Positions 35,946-50,419 of a stretch of 64,000 nucleotides of DNA are shown piece after piece. The DNA is taken from the NCBI GenBank assembly GCA_013265495.1, contig MU057930.1:71599-135598 (forward strand), written 5' to 3'. This stretch comes from Vicugna vicugna (lineage: Eukaryota). The position numbers and the translations under genes were made by a program. Within the stretch, counting starts at the first letter, position 1; each line of letters begins with the position of its first letter. Below the pieces are notes generated by a model, which was not told where the DNA came from, did not search any database, and worked only from the letters and a program-made list of their open reading frames with translations.

Positions 35946-38900
35946 CCGCGTCCGTAAGCAAGTCCCAATGTGGCACTACTCAGTGTCATTCCATCCCCAG
36001 TCCCACACAAAACAGCATCTGAACCATGGACCCAGCTTCCCGTTAACACAAACTCACATTTCATCTTATCATCCCGCCTACCTTCTTTTCCTTAAATAAA
36101 CTGCTCTGAAAAAAAAAAAAATCCAGACTCTGGGAATGCCTTGTATGAGCTGATTTGCCCTATTAATTATGCTCAGGTTTTCAGGGATAGGGGAGATAAG
36201 GAAACGTTCTTAAAAAAAAAATTCTCAGTATTTGTAAACTTCTTTGGGCACCAGGGGAGGCTGCGGAATTCACCACCTTCATCCACTGCATCACCGTGGT
36301 TCAGAGCGTCCTCAGGCTTACCTCGTAAAAACTGGAGAAAGGAATCATTTCAGTAATAGGTCTTAGTGTTTCTATATTATCTAAGAATGGGAACTTTTTG
36401 TTTTGTGTTGGTGTTGTCTATAACCCGTCCCCACCGACACACAGGCAAACCTCAGTGTATGTGGTACCCAGGGCTCTATTTTTAAGACCATTTCCTGAAG
36501 GAGGTGGACTAGGATGCGTATCTGCTCCCAACAGTTGTCTCTTCAGCTGGTATGCGTGTCGTGAAGGGAGGGATGGAAACATCCCCATTTTATCCGCCCC
36601 TCTGAGAAATCACTGCACTCCGTGCCCGCCGGCACCTGCCTCACCCCGCCTCCATCAGCAGCGCACGGTGTCTCAAGCTCAGATCACCGCTGAGGTCCCA
36701 GCATGTGGTCGGTAATGACTCTCATCTTCTTCGGGGTGCCACCTCGATTTTCTGCATCATGTCCCTTCCGCGGTCGTAGAGAACACATGGCGATCGGGCA
36801 GAACCTGTTCATCAGGGCTCTTAAAACCTCGCCGAGGAACACGCAACAGCAAGACACAAAGACGTGCTTTGCTTTTCAACGAATGTCTGCGGCTTTGCCC
36901 GACAGTGGACTTCTTTTAGGCAGACGGCGGTCTTACGTTTTTTTCCCCTTTGTTTTTCAAGAAACAGTTGCCTTTGGCATAACACAGAGGAGGCACTCCC
37001 AAGGATGACAGTAAAGTCGGACCGTAACAGTGGCACTGACGCCGACTCTGTGGTACCCAAAGCATCCTGCATCCCACACTGTGCCATGCAGGACACGGAA
37101 CCCCAGGCCAACACGCGTGCTTTTATACGATGCTCTAGAGTGCAGTCTGGTCCTGGAGTGTCTTGAATACTACACGCATCTGAGGTTAATGCAGTCATCA
37201 AATAAAACATCCGTGAGACTGTGAGCTGACCTGAACCCTTTTTGACTGCAGTGTCGCAGACACTTAACAAACCAAAGGATGTAGATAATTTTCATAGGTT
37301 TATGAGTATCTGAAAACAGTGAAAACCGGTTATCAGGACATTAAGACAACTGCATGGACTGCCTGGGAGAAACTTAACCCTTGTAAACTCCAGAAAGACT
37401 AAGACGTCCAGCACAGTGGTCTTCTGGCACACGCTCATCACCGTGAAGGGTGGTCTCCCCGAAGTTCGCAAGATCAAGAGGTGGTCTGCACCCCCACGGG
37501 GGCTGGAGGAGGTAAAACCGGCATCTCTGACTGAGGAAGTAAGCAGCTAGCATTCCTGCCACTCAAGACGGCAACACAGCAAAGAGAGACACACTGTCCT
37601 CAGGGGGGTTGGCGGCAGAGGTGGGCGGACGCGTTGCTCTGGGACAAAATTCCACCGGGCTGTCTCTGTGCCTACGTGTCTCGCCTGCGAGGCACTGACT
37701 GCCCTTTGTTTGCGGCTGGCTTCTCAAGTATTCATAGAAGATGGGGGGAGCAACCCATTCCAGACCAACGGATGGGCACACATACACCCCCTGCAAAAAA
37801 AAGCAACCCCCTCCTTTTTTTTCTTGCAAACATAGGCTCAGGAGATATCCAGCAGTAGATTGGATTCCAAGCTTCCACATTAGGTACCTGTCCCACTTCA
37901 CCTGGGAAAGCCTTGGTCTTCCCATCTGTGAAAGGGAGCAATGCTGTATGCACAGCCATGCACAGTTGAGCATCCCGTGCAATGTATGCTACGGACTCAA
38001 GAAATACTTCACTCATTCTGCAAGCCCTGTTTTAATTATAACTTAGGAGGGCGATGGGCTGCCTAGAGACACGAGAAAACGCTGCAGAAAGACAGAGACG
38101 GAAAGAGCACACTGATGGATGGAGCAGCCAGCACGCGCCTCCAGGGAGGAACTCGGGAGAAAGCAAGGCACTGAGTAAAAATTGCTCTGGAGAGATGTCT
38201 CAGGAAGGGGAGACGGAGGCGAAGCGTGTGCAGTGATATTTTCACGGTGCTTTTAAAATCAGGTTGCTGATTGGCCAAATTAGACACTGGCTGGGTGACA
38301 GCGAGGGCTCATCAACCGCCCTGTGTCAGCCACGATTCCGGGTAAACAGACCCCGCCAGACACTGGGGGCTTCACGCACGAGCAGAGAAGTGGCTACGCT
38401 GGGATGTGAGCTACGACCTACGTCTGCTGCCCGCCCACCCCTCTCTCGGGCGTGACCACCACCCAGCAACAGCCCAGCCCAGTCCAGCCCCCAAACGCTG
38501 GAGTCTCGACTTCATACACTGGTGAATGTATCAGAATTTTCTTGCTTTGAAATCTAGCAAGATTATTCATTTGATGGTGGGTTTTATTCCGGATAACCAG
38601 CACAACAGCGGCACGTGAAGCCTTTCGGGTTCCCTTGGATGTGGCCAGGAAGGCAGTCACTCAAAAACGCAGAAAGATCGCTTTTCTATACCAGTGTCCT
38701 TGTTGTTACAGCGGACGGTGGACAGTTCTTAATTCTTCCAGAAACCACGGGGACAACACACATGGGGTATTGCCAAGCAAGGAGGCTGACCTGAGCCCTG
38801 ATGCCCAGGGTTTGATCGAGCATCAGTCAGGTAGGCACAGCAGACCTTCCGCACAGCAGACCTTCATCTGCACCCCCTCCAGAGGTCAGGCTGGTACCAC

Positions 38901-39297
38901 ATAGCCCCAGGGCCCCACTGCCCGTCGCATTGTTAGCATCCACGGTCAGGCATGGCCCAGAGCCCCAGGTCAATCCACACACTCCAGTCAGGCAGGAGGT
39001 CCCAAGGGCTCACAGGTGACCTCCCCGCCCAGGAGCCAGGGGCAATGGTGAATCTTGGGCAAAGCCCATCCTCTCCTTGACGGCGTGCACAAATGCTCCC
39101 AGCATGCGATTCCGAAACCATCCCGGACAACCGGAAGTCCAGCCACAGGCCAAGAACTGCCGTCAAGCAGTACACTGCGATCCTCAGTGCATTTAAGCAG
39201 ACGACTTGCGAGAAATAGTTCGACTTTAATTTCGGAACTGAATCTGGTGTCATGTTGTTAAAGAGAAACATTTCAGTCCATTAATATTCTTAAATTT

Positions 39298-40030
39298 ATT
39301 TTCTTCTTTATTGAGGTACAATTGATTTACAATGTTATGTAAGTTTCAGGTGTACAACATAATGAGTCGATATGTTTATAGATTATAATCCATTTATAGT
39401 TATTACAAAATATTGGCTCTATTTCCCTGTGCTGTACAATATAGCTGTATTATTTATTTTATACATAGTCGTTAGTAGCTCTTAATCCCGTCTACCTAAA
39501 TTCCCCTCCCCTCTTCCCTCTCCTCACTGGCAACCAGTAGCTGGTTCTCTATATCAGGGACTCTGTTTCTGTTTTGTTATATTCATTGGTTTGTTGTATT
39601 TTTTAGATTCCACCAATAAATGAAATCTAAAAACAAAATCATACAGTATGTGTTGTTCTCTGATTTATTTCATGAAGCACCTTACTCTCCAGGTCCATCC
39701 ACGTTGTTGCAAATAGCATTATTTCATTCTTTTTCGTGGCTGAGTAATATTCCATTGTGTATATACACCATATCTGTTGATGGACACTTCGGTTGCTTCC
39801 ATGTCTTGGCTATTGTAAACAGTGCTGCTGTGAACACTGGGGTGCAGGTGTCTTTTTGAATTAGAGTTCCCTCCGGATATATGTCCAGGAGCGGGATTGC
39901 TCGGTCATCTGGCAGCTCTACTTTTAATTTTTTGAGAAACCTCCATACTGTTTTCCATAGTGGCTGCCCAAATTTATACTCCCACCAACAGTGTATGAGG
40001 GTTCCCTTTTCTCTACATCCTCACCAACAT
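39298..40030 (-). mobile_element. LINE-1 3' fragment
   Basis: ttattgaggtacaattgatttacaatg...ggttgcttccatgtcttggctattgtaaacagtgctgc...aaacctccatactgttttccatag. Confidence 0.92.
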
Positions 40031-41439
40031 ACGTTATTAATATATCATTTTACAATCCTATTTGTTTGTGCTCATCCCCAAACCTTCCTAAACTATCTGT
40101 TATTCTGTTTCCATTTTTCTTTATTTAGACGACATCAGTATTAAGGAGCCGTTTGCAGGAGCTCAGAGTCACACAAAACTCGGTGTTTCTAATATACGCT
40201 GACTTCTTTTGTGCATGAAACCTGCTACCATAGCTCTCCTGTCACCATTCCTGGCCTTGGACGCCGCTTCTGCTGCTCAGCTGCAGAGTCTGATCCCCAG
40301 TAGACACCAAGCCTCAGTCACTCTCTCCCAACTCCGATGTTCCCTGTGGATTTCCTTTATCAAAGGCGCTTTGTCACAGATAATGCATCCTTATTATGTC
40401 AGACAGCTGTGGGAACATTTATCGAGCAACAAGGTTAATTGCCTTTGAGTAATAAACAAAAAACAGGGTTTGCTGCCAGAGGAACAGAATAAGGAATAAG
40501 GAGGGGATCCTCATTTCCACTGGATGCATTTTGTCACCAGCGCTTAGAGTTCCAGATCAGCTTCTTTTACTCTTGGCTGGATTAATGCATATGGTTCCAT
40601 CTATGCACAGCCTGGGGGGCGAATCCAATACCAACTCCAGTCAACAGGCATTCTCTCCTACCTGCGTGAACACACACGATGGGGCAGATGGGTGGTTCCC
40701 AAACCAGAGGGAGCACTGGCTCAGCTGGAGGGCTTGTGGAAAAGCAGTTTGGAGAGGCGTCTTCACCCCTAGAGTTTCTCACTCCACAGTCCTGGTGCGG
40801 GGGAGACTGGGAATATCATTTCCAAGACGTTCCCAGAAGGTGCTGATACTGCTGGTCTGAGGATCAAGCAATGAGAGCCACCAGATGAGACCACACCCCA
40901 TGACACGCAGCCGTCACTTCTGTGGACACCGGCTGTCCCTGCACTTGTGTCTACATTGAACCTGCAGGAAGACGGGTCCGTTGTCTCCATCACCCTCCAA
41001 ATCGTCACTGAAGGCCACCAGCTAACTGTCCTCTATTCTGTCTGTTCTGGACCTTGGGTCATCAATGGACCCAAGTAGCAAGTGGATGATAGTAAAGCAT
41101 GCTTTACATAGAGGAGACCCTGTGTCCTCTTCAGTTGAGCCAGGAAGAAGCTGGAGCCATCCCAAAGTAGTCATCGTAACGGCTCTGTGTGGCAGGGGGA
41201 CATGGGGACACAGACCACAATCCATCCCCAAATGGTCTGTGTTGTGAGACAGCACTCCCAGCTCTGTGCACGGAGGGTCACTTACTTAGTTTCTGAAAAA
41301 CATCCTGGTCAGGGCTCCACTCCCCACCCCCTGCCTGAGCTCAGGGTCCTCGGGAAGCTGGTGCATCCACATGACAGCCACCCGTGTCAATTCCACAATG
41401 GGATGTGATGTCGTACTGCAGAGCCTGACATGACACCGC

Positions 41440-42295
41440 GCACTCTGGATGGGCAGGCTACCCGCGGGTTCCAGGGTACGGCCAGCAACAGACTATTACC
41501 AACATGTACAGCCTTCCTTCTGGAGGCAGATACACCTCTTCCTTATCCATTCATCCACGGATGGACGCCTGATCATGGTTTAGAAGCTTGTGTCTGTGGG
41601 CGTGTAGGTCTAGATGGACACTGTACCTGCGGGTTCCAGGGTACGGCCAACAACACACTACAATCAACACATTCAACATTCCAACACACCACATCTTTAT
41701 CCATCCATCCACTGATGTATGATTATCCTTTGACCAACATCTCCCCAGTCTCCCCAACCCCCAGCCTGTGGCAAACACCATTCTACTCTTCTACTCTCTG
41801 TTTCTCCATGTTCAGCTTTTTTAGATTCCACATGTTAAGTGCAACCGTACAGTGTCTGTCTTTCCCTGTCTGACAAGACCCTCAAGGTTCAACCATGTTG
41901 TCATAAATGACAAGATTTCCTTCTTTCTCATGGCTGGATAATATTCTGCGGCCGGTATATACCACATGTCTTTGTATGGACACCTGACTAATGGTTTAGA
42001 AGCTTGTGTCTGTGGGCATGCAGGTCTGATGAGCTTGCACCTGCGGGCTCCAGAGTGCGGCCAACCACAGAGTGTGACCAACACGTCCAACATTCCATCA
42101 TATATACATGGAGACACACCCCCTACATCTTTTTTATCCTTTCACTCACTAATGTATCATTGCCCTTTGACCACATCTCCCCAGTTTCCCCAGTGCATGG
42201 TGTACATCCCACGGCAGGTATGTAGCACGTGTCTTTCCCTGTCCATCTGTGGATGGACACCTGGGAGTGGCTTAGAAGCGCACACCTGTGAGGTC
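41440..42295. repeat. Diverged composite tandem repeat containing L1 pieces
   Basis: atggac.cctg...ttagaagc recurs near 41561, 41976 and 42253; cctgcggg.tccag..cggcca recurs near 41461, 41626 and 42040. Confidence 0.75.
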
Positions 42296-42918
42296 TCAGC
42301 GCCCTCCAGCCCACGTCGTCTACAACGTGATGGTGGGGGGAGTGGAGAAGGCCATCTGTGGGCCACGGAGCCAGAGAGTTCGTGCTGAGGAGAGCATCCC
42401 GACACTGGAAACACCACCTGCACTGACTCTGACCCTTCCCACGCTGCCCCGCGACTGCTTCTATTTCCAGCTCCCGGGCAGACGGATGACCCGGTGCCCA
42501 GTGGCGCCCATCTGGCCGGCCCCTGTTCGCCTTTGGGGACAGCCTGGCCTTGCTCCCGAATCCACGAGCATAAAAACAGTCACCAGTTCGTGCAGTCACA
42601 CAAGGGCCCTGCTCAACGCGGACCGGGCGCAACTCAGGAAGCGCCATTTGCACTTCAGCCCCGTCCTCGCAGCTCCGATCGGAGTCCCAGCGCCCTGCTC
42701 TTCTGACGCGTCCCCTGGAAGGCGGGCACACATGCTTCTCCCGCCATCCTGTAACTCCCACATTCACTGATTCTCAGGTGAGCATGCAGTTTAATTCTTC
42801 TCATCTCTACTGAAGAAGGTGGGTCTGCACACACCAGGCGGTGGGGATGGCCAGAAGAGGCGAGCGTTCCCTCTACAGAGAAAGGAGGCTTGGGCGAAGT
42901 TGGGAAAGGCGATGTAGT

Positions 42919-43053
42919 GGGGAGGGTACAGCTCAGGAGGCAGAGCGCGTGCTTGTTCGCAGGCACGAGGTCCTGGGTTTCACCCCAGTTCCTCCTCCAA
43001 GAATAAGTAAATAAATAAACCTAATTACCTCCCCCTCCAAAAAAACACACAAA
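42919..43053 (+). mobile_element. tRNA-derived SINE (Vic-1-like)
   Basis: ggggagggtacagctcagg...gaggtcctgggtttcacccc...aaacctaattacctcccc. Confidence 0.88.
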
Positions 43054-43199
43054 TGAAAGATGATGGAGGTGATGACGCAGAGAAAGCCAGAGGGCAGTCC
43101 AAGCTCCAGCCTGGAGAACCAAGAGAGACGGCCCCGAAGCCCGCTCTCTGCCTTCTTCCAAATTAACTGGCGCCTTCTCGCAGCTCCGTCCTTTGACCC

Positions 43200-43703
43200 T
43201 GTCTCACCCGGAGCCTTCTGCTCCCACCGGGCTCTGTGTCTGTCTGTGCACCTGTATCTGCACCTGCAGGCACACAGACGTCTGTATCTACCTATGTCTC
43301 TTAATCTATATTTACACCTGCATCTACTTCCTTCCCCATCTGCTTTATCTCTGTGTCTACATTCCTTCATATCTATGTGTTTATCGTCTTTCTGTAGATC
43401 TGTTACGTCTGTATGAACACCTCCCTCTATTCAGTTCTAGAGCTCCATCTTCATGTCTACCTCATCTCCCTACATTGTCTTATCCACATTTATATCTTTA
43501 TCACTCTATCACCTGCATGCACACATCATCCATATACATCTCCGTCTAGACATCACCCGCATCTCCGTCTGTATCTGCATCTCGCCTCTATTGATGTCTG
43601 GGTACCATCTGTATTTACACCTGCATGCCACCAATAGCTACATCTACACCTATGTCCACATACACCGTCCGTTCTGTTTCTCTGGAGAACCCTGACTGAC
43701 ACA
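43200..43703 (+). mobile_element. MLT2-like (ERVL) LTR 3' end with an expanded ATCT-rich low-complexity tract
   Basis: Ends gttctgtttctctggagaaccctgactgacaca, preceded by degenerate atct/tatctg repeats. Confidence 0.65.
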
Positions 43704-45033
43704 CATAAAACCTCTGTTCCTTGTTTTTTTAGGGCAGAAATAAGGTTTAGGGTGAACTCTCCTCCCGCAAAGCCCGCTGCCCTCATGGACACGCAAAGAA
43801 CTCCAGTCACCCTGTACCATCCAGCTCAGACACGTCTGACTCAGGATGACGTGTCCGGCTCCATGGGCAAAGGCCGGAATCTCGCCCCCACCGGGCACCC
43901 ACACACACATCTGCTCCGGTACATCTGATGTGGCCTGAAGACCCGGTGAACGGAAAATCACCGCCACCAAACTGCTCACCTTGCGCGAACAGCATCTGTA
44001 AGGACGTGATGGGTGGAGAGATGGGTCATCCGGGATGGCTCCTGTCCACCCTCGCAGCCTAGCCTGGCTCCACTTTCCGTGCAAATCACTGCATTTTCCA
44101 CCCAGCTGGGTCTCCTCCCTGCAGCCTCCCCTCCTGCCGGCCGCCTTGAAGCTGCTGTCAAGCTTAATCTCCCGAAATAGCACACGTCCCGCCCACCGCC
44201 TTTGGAGAACCTCTTGTAACTTCACCTCAATAAATCCAACAATGACTTGGCTCCCAAGACCCCCGCACCCCACATGGCTCGTTCCCAGTGGTGGGGATGT
44301 CCTGCCCTGAGATACTCCCCTGCCTTAAGCACCATTCTCCTTTCCAGCCGCCCCACTGCATTTTCTAGCACCAGGGGGCGCATGTACAGGCATCATGCAC
44401 AGAATGGCGGCATCTCTCCCCAACTGGGCCATCGCAGATCCCCCCTGCTGCTGGGCACTCGCTGCTCTGTCCAGCCAAGGTACCTGCCATCTATTTCAGC
44501 TTCACCCAAGGAGGTGCCTCCCTGACTCACCCCCCATCATGTGGATCAGAACCCCCAAGAGCTCCCCATCCAAAACCAGGGTCATGGACGGAATCCACAC
44601 CAAGCCAGTCAGAACCCTTCCCTGGGATGGTCCAAGTGCAAACGAGAAAAAGACCGTTTGTCAGTACGGGGGGCAAAGCAAGAAAGGAGGTAAGACAGGA
44701 GACGCCGGTCTGGGAGGCCAGAGCTCCCCAGCAGTGATGGGAGACCTCAGAGAGGAAATATACACCCCGGGGGCGTCTGGGCGCCCACCCCAGCCGCTGA
44801 GGGGAAGGTGAGGGCCAGGACGGCTGCAGACTGGACGCGGAAGCAAAGGCTTAGGTGGGATCGGTCTGGGGTCAGTGCCTTACAGATGGAGTTTTGATGT
44901 GTGTTCACTCATGCTGCATGGCTGGGTTTCTGATTACTCGCTTTAAAAATAAAACAGAGGGTCAAACACGTGATGAGGGTGAGAAGGACCCACCCCCCCA
45001 AAGTAAGAAAGGGGAGCTCGCAGATAGCAAGTG

Positions 45034-45150
45034 GGAACCACCACCCCATGACTGTCCACCCTGGCCTGGAACCACCATCCAAAGACTGTCCACTCTGGCC
45101 TGGAACCACCACCCCATGACTGTCCACTCTGGGCTGCAAGCACCATCCAA
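45034..45150. repeat. 34-bp tandem repeat, ~3.4 copies
   Basis: ggaaccacca(c/t)c(c/a)a(t/a)gactgtccac(c/t)ctggcct starting at 45034, 45068 and 45102. Confidence 0.92.
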
Positions 45151-45329
45151 TGGGTTTTCCAAGACCTCCCCAGTCCCAGGACCCGTGAGAATGAAACCAG
45201 CAAACACCAGTCAAGGAAGTCATCTGCCACGTAAACATGTAACAGTCATCTGCCGTGTGCAAATAACAAGGCCACGTGAAAAAAGACGCTGAGCCACGTG
45301 TGTTCAACTGAAGATTTCCTCGCGGACAC

Positions 45330-45956
45330 AGAAAAAAAACTTAGTTACCCACAGCAAGGGGGTGGCGAGGAGAAGTTGGGGGTTCGAGGTTTGCAGACAC
45401 TGACTACTAGATATAAAATAGATAAACCACAAGGTCCTACTGCAGAGCACAGGGAAATATATTCAACGTCCAATGATGGAAAAGAACATGAAAAGGAACA
45501 TATGTGTGTACATGTAGGACTGAAACATATATGTGTTGTGCACCAGAAACTGACACAGCACTGTAAAGTGAATACACTTCAATAAAAATAAATAAATTTA
45601 ATTATTTTTTAAAAAATGACACAAATGAACTTATTTATAGAACAGAAACAGACTCACGGACGTAGGGAACAAACTTAATGGTTACCATGGGGAAAAGGGA
45701 GGGGGAGGGATAAATTGGGAGCTGGAGATTTGCAGGTACAAACTACTATATATAAAACAGATAAACAACAAGGTCCTACTGTACAGCACAGGGAACTACA
45801 TTCAATGTCTTGCAATAACCCACAACAAAAAAGAAAATGAGTAGAATGTATGTATGCACATGTATGACTGAAGTACAATGCTGTGCACCAGAAATGCACA
45901 CAGCAGTGTAATAAAAAAGGAAAAATTTTTTAAACTTTTAATTAAAAAAAAAAAAG
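45330..45956 (+). mobile_element. Two consecutive LINE-1 3' UTR ends
   Basis: caaggtcctactg..agcacaggga...gcaccagaaa occurs twice (~45430-45590 and ~45770-45915). Confidence 0.85.
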
Positions 45957-46423
45957 ATTTACCACACTGAGGGAGGATGAGCTCCAGCGAGCCTCCCCTC
46001 TCCCCTCTCAAAGACGCCCGACCTTAGAGGAGTGACGTGGTAAGACCGTGGGGCTGGGAGCCCCCGCCGGAGGAGGCTATAAAATCAAGCTCTGCAGGAC
46101 CTGGGACAAGTGTCGGTGGAAGAAAGATTGGAGTCGATGCAGCCAAGAATCACTGCAGTGATGTGGGAAAGCACGGGATGCAGGAGAAAAAGATGATGAC
46201 ATGAAGCAAACAGAGGTGGTGGCGGGGAGGGGACCGAAACAGGAGGCAGACGGTTAAGACTCAGCCTAAACATAACTGGTAAACTGAAAGAAACAAACTG
46301 CAGAAAAGAAACATGGAAGAATATGTGCAGGTTCGGTGTAAAGAGAAGAAAAAAAAAAAGAAAGCCCTGAGATACTGAGTCAAATCTGCAGTAAAAAAAA
46401 AGAGCTATTGTAAAGCATAGAAA

Positions 46424-46738
46424 AAATGTTTTTTTTTAATTGAACAATAGTCATAGTTAGTTACAATGTGTCAATGTATATACATGCTTATATTCATTTT
46501 CATGTTCTTTTTTGTTATAGGCTATTACAAGATATTGAACGTAGCTCCCTGTACGCTCCAGTAGGACCTTGTTGTTTATCTATTTTATATACAGCAGTTA
46601 ATATCTACAAACCTTCAATTCCCAATTTATCCCTCCCCACCCCCTTTCCCCACTGGTAACCATGTTTGTTCTCCATGTCTGTGAATCTGCTTCTGTTCTG
46701 TAAATAAGTTCATTTCTTTTTTAAAAAAATTTTTTAGA
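46424..46738 (-). mobile_element. 5'-truncated LINE-1 3' UTR with TSD
   Basis: TSD taaagcatagaaa at 46411-46423 and 46739-46751; L1 3' UTR sequence lies between. Confidence 0.88.
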
Positions 46739-47189
46739 TAAAGCATAGAAACTATTTTTAAATGCCCATATGTCCACCAATCACGTTCCTGGTAAAAAGG
46801 CCACGCTCAAGGGCTGGAGAGAGAATTCTAAAGGCGTGGAGGGAGGAAAAGGTGGGATGTCTGACAAAGGGAGAAATCAAATGAGAGTCGAGACCCCTCT
46901 CCCCCAGTGTTAGGCTGCAGAGAAGAGGAAAGACATATCGACAGAGCCTTGGATCACAAGGCTTTCAACAAACACGCAAAGACCCGAGAGGCTCTTCATT
47001 CGGGCAGGAAAGCAAGATTCTGTCAAATACTTCAGGAATTGGGAAATAAAACCAGGTCCCTGTTTGTTTCTCACAAAAGGTATGGAGACACTCGCTCCTG
47101 CACACTGAGATCTGCAGGCAAATCAAGGACTTGCCTTGGAGAGTCAGCAGCACAAGCTACAATGTATAAAACAAAGGAGCTACAATGTA

Positions 47190-47550
47190 TAAAGCAAAGA
47201 AGCTACAAGGAGACACTGCGCAGCACCGGGGACAGAGCCAGGATTTTACAATAACTATAAACGGAGCATAACCTTTAAAAAATTGTGAATCACTGTACTG
47301 CACACCTCAAACTTATATGATACTGTACATCAACTATACCTCAATTTAAACAAAAGAAAGAAAAGGGGAAAAATTATACTGTAGAGCATAGGGAAATATA
47401 CATAAGACCTTATGGTAGCTCACAGAGAAAAAAATGTGACAATGAATATATGTATGTTCATGTATAACTGAAAAATTGTGCTCTACACTGGAATTGGACA
47501 CAACATTGTAAAATGATTATAAATCAATTAAAAACAGTCAAAAAATAAAG
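47190..47550 (+). mobile_element. Two LINE-1 3' tails of different subfamilies
   Basis: agctacaagg...catcaactatacctcaattt, then tactgtagagcatagggaaatat...cattgtaaaatgattataaatcaatt; the second is flanked by aaagaaaagggg repeats. Confidence 0.82.
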
Positions 47551-48989
47551 AAAAGGGGGGGGGAAAAAAGAACTCACCCAGGGTAAAGATGGGCAGTGAG
47601 CATCAAATGAGAAATCTATAACCTGGTTTATCGGAACCCCATCTACATAACGGGAGTGACTGCCATGAAAACAGGATAACTCTTGAGAAAAAAACACACA
47701 CACATCACTTCTAAAATCTGTTAATTTTTTAAAGATTATCAGAAGTGGGACAAAAAAAAAATCCTCAAAACACCCACCGCCAGCAAGAGACGGAGTTTGG
47801 TGGAGTCACATGGTTATGGTACTTACTTCATCTTCTAAAGGCAGAGCCCACGGTCAGGGTTTAATTTCTGACATTAATCAACAGGAAAATGCATGTTGTT
47901 TACTGCAACACGAGATTTGACTTATAAAAGCAAACTTACCAGAGGGCTGGGGGTTCCAGGACTGCAGAACACGCACCAGAGCCCCAAAATTCAGAAAACA
48001 GGAAACTAACGAAGATACAGAATTTAAAATAAGAAGACAGAGGAAGTTACACATACATACATATTTTAAAAGTTGATGGAAGAAACATACCTGCTGAAGA
48101 AAAAATGAGCCCTAATGACCTAAAGGCTGAAGGCTAACACTGAAAACACTGCGTCCAGAAAGAACACGCAAAAGAGTATTTGGTTTGAACGTAAAAGACA
48201 GGTAAATATACACGGCAAGGCATTCAGGGTCAAAATGCTATTATCGGGGGAAAAAAGAAATTCAAGACAAAGAACATTAAACATTTAACAGCGATGAAAG
48301 GCAGGTAGGCAATAATGTCCATGGCGTCACCATGTACCCCGCCGGCCACTTTGGGATTTAATCATCCAGGGCACTGATACACCAGGTTCTCCCTGAGTCC
48401 CACCAGTGTCCTTCTGCTCGGTCACAGCTATCCACTGACGGAGTCAGAGCTAAAAGCCACTAGCTACTTGATGTGGCCAAATCCTCACTGTTCTCTGAAA
48501 GTCAAGAACTTAACACGCTGCTCTCTCACCGCCAAAGGTGGATATTTCATGGCTGAGTGACTGAAAACCAAATAGATACCGGGCACCAGGAATAAACGGT
48601 CCCCGGCACGTTCAGGGAAAGGATGGAGCTGGAATCTGGGGGCAGGAGAAATGGCTCTCCTCTGTCCTCGCACTGAGTGATTGCAATCCAACACCAGCCC
48701 CGCCAGTTCCTTGGGCTGGAAGATTTGCCTTCAGTTGGAAAAAATGAACCACTTAGAGGAGACACTTTCCACACGCACTTTAACAGAACCTTTTAAAAGA
48801 CGGCCAGTAATGCTAATAATAGTGATTGTAATTGCTTAAGATAAGCGTGCTTTGCAGAAACTACCACCATTTACAAAGGTCTTACAAAGATTCTCATCTG
48901 TGGTTTATTGAGGTCTTTAAGAACCTTTCAATTTACACTGAATTAGAGATTGAATTTTTAATGAGGGACAAAAAATGTGCAAGTATCAA

Positions 48990-49092
48990 GGGAGGGTGCA
49001 GCTCAGGGGCAGAGCGCGTGCTTGGCATGCGCGAGGTCCTGGGTTCCATCCCCAGAATCTCTATTTGAAAAAAAAAAGAAAAGAAAAAACCC
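48990..49092 (+). mobile_element. tRNA-derived SINE (Vic-1-like)
   Basis: gggagggtgcagctcagggg...gaggtcctgggttccatcccc and A tail. TSD caagtatcaag at 48980-48990 and 49093-49103. Confidence 0.9.
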
Positions 49093-50419
49093 CAAGTATC
49101 AAGAGGGGTCTAGGAGGCTAACTGCTGTCAGTCAGTCAATTCCCCCCGCAGAAGGAGGTGCCCTCGTGGGTAAACATCAGACTGCACCCGCCTTCAGCTC
49201 CCGACCGGCCCGGCTCGCTCCTGACAGCACAGAGCGCGTTGCGGGAGCCACACGCACGGCCTGGGTGCGTACTTCTGATTGCCAGGTCAGGCACGTAGCC
49301 AGAACGTGCAGAACCCCCCGCGGGTGCCGGAGAGGCTCGCCGGGGCAAAGCGCCCAACTTCCCCTCCGTCACAGCTTCACCGCAGCGTGTGACGGCGTCG
49401 CTGTGAACTCAGGGCTGGGGAATGCTCTCTTCCGTGAGCGCCTGATTTCCTTCCCCAGGACGCACGCTGGTTCTGTGACACACGCGGTCCAGTTCACCAC
49501 GCTCCCCGGGACCACACGCGTCAGTAAAGACGGGAGGACAGGAGTGCAGAGGATGGACTGGCAGGCAGCTTAAAATAAATGATGCGGCAAACAAGGAATT
49601 CCAAAATCCACCCCCAAATTCAGAGGCAGCTGGGGTGGGCCGGGGAAGCAGGTGCAGAAGTAGGAGCTTCAAAAAGACCCAAGACGCTGAAGAAGTGCTA
49701 TCAGGGCTTAACTTTGCTGGTGTCTATGTTGTTTTATTGATTTTCCTTGAAAACACTCAGCTTCAAGGACTGTATTTCACGGGTTTCGTTGGTGCGATGC
49801 GCCTCCCCCTTTTTTACAGCCTCATCCCCTCCAGGGGAGGCTCCCGGGGGAGAACCCACTGGTCTGCTTCCAGCATGGGAACGGGAGGGAGGGCCAATGA
49901 CACCCCTCAACCACAGGTGTTGCAATTTCACGGTCTCTGATCTCAGATGTGGAACCCATGCTGCCATTTTTGATCCGTGTTCTACCAGTAGAAGCCAGTC
50001 AGCTCAGAAGGGCAGGAGGGCAAAGCGGAAGCCGGTCAGCCACCCTCATCCTCACGCATCCTATCAGAGCCCCAGATGTGGGGATGTGCCTGGTGGGGAC
50101 GGGGCTGTGCGGGAAGGGTCCTCCCCACATAACTGGGCTGGGGTCCAGGATGCAGAGGGTCAAACGCACAGGGAAGCTGAACAGAAGGGTGCGTGCTGGG
50201 TGCCATGGTGACTTACTGGACGGGTTTCCTCAAGCCACACCCATCAGTGTTTGGAAGTAAACTGTCGTCACGTGACATGATACCCAGAGCTCCCAATGCT
50301 GACCAGGATGCTGGGCTGGGGGCACCTTCCCAGAGCTCAGAATGCATTCAGGTCTTGGGTCTAGGTTATGTTTTAGTAGGTCCTAGGGCAGACATGCCCC
50401 AAAGCGCTGGGCTCTGCAT

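Noticed and set aside
35312..35976. Repeat-protein ORFs (169 aa and 215 aa) and a CRISPR-like appearance
   Set aside because: Units are contiguous with no unique spacers and the DNA is mammalian. The ORFs follow from a 48-bp stop-free unit and have no independent coding evidence.
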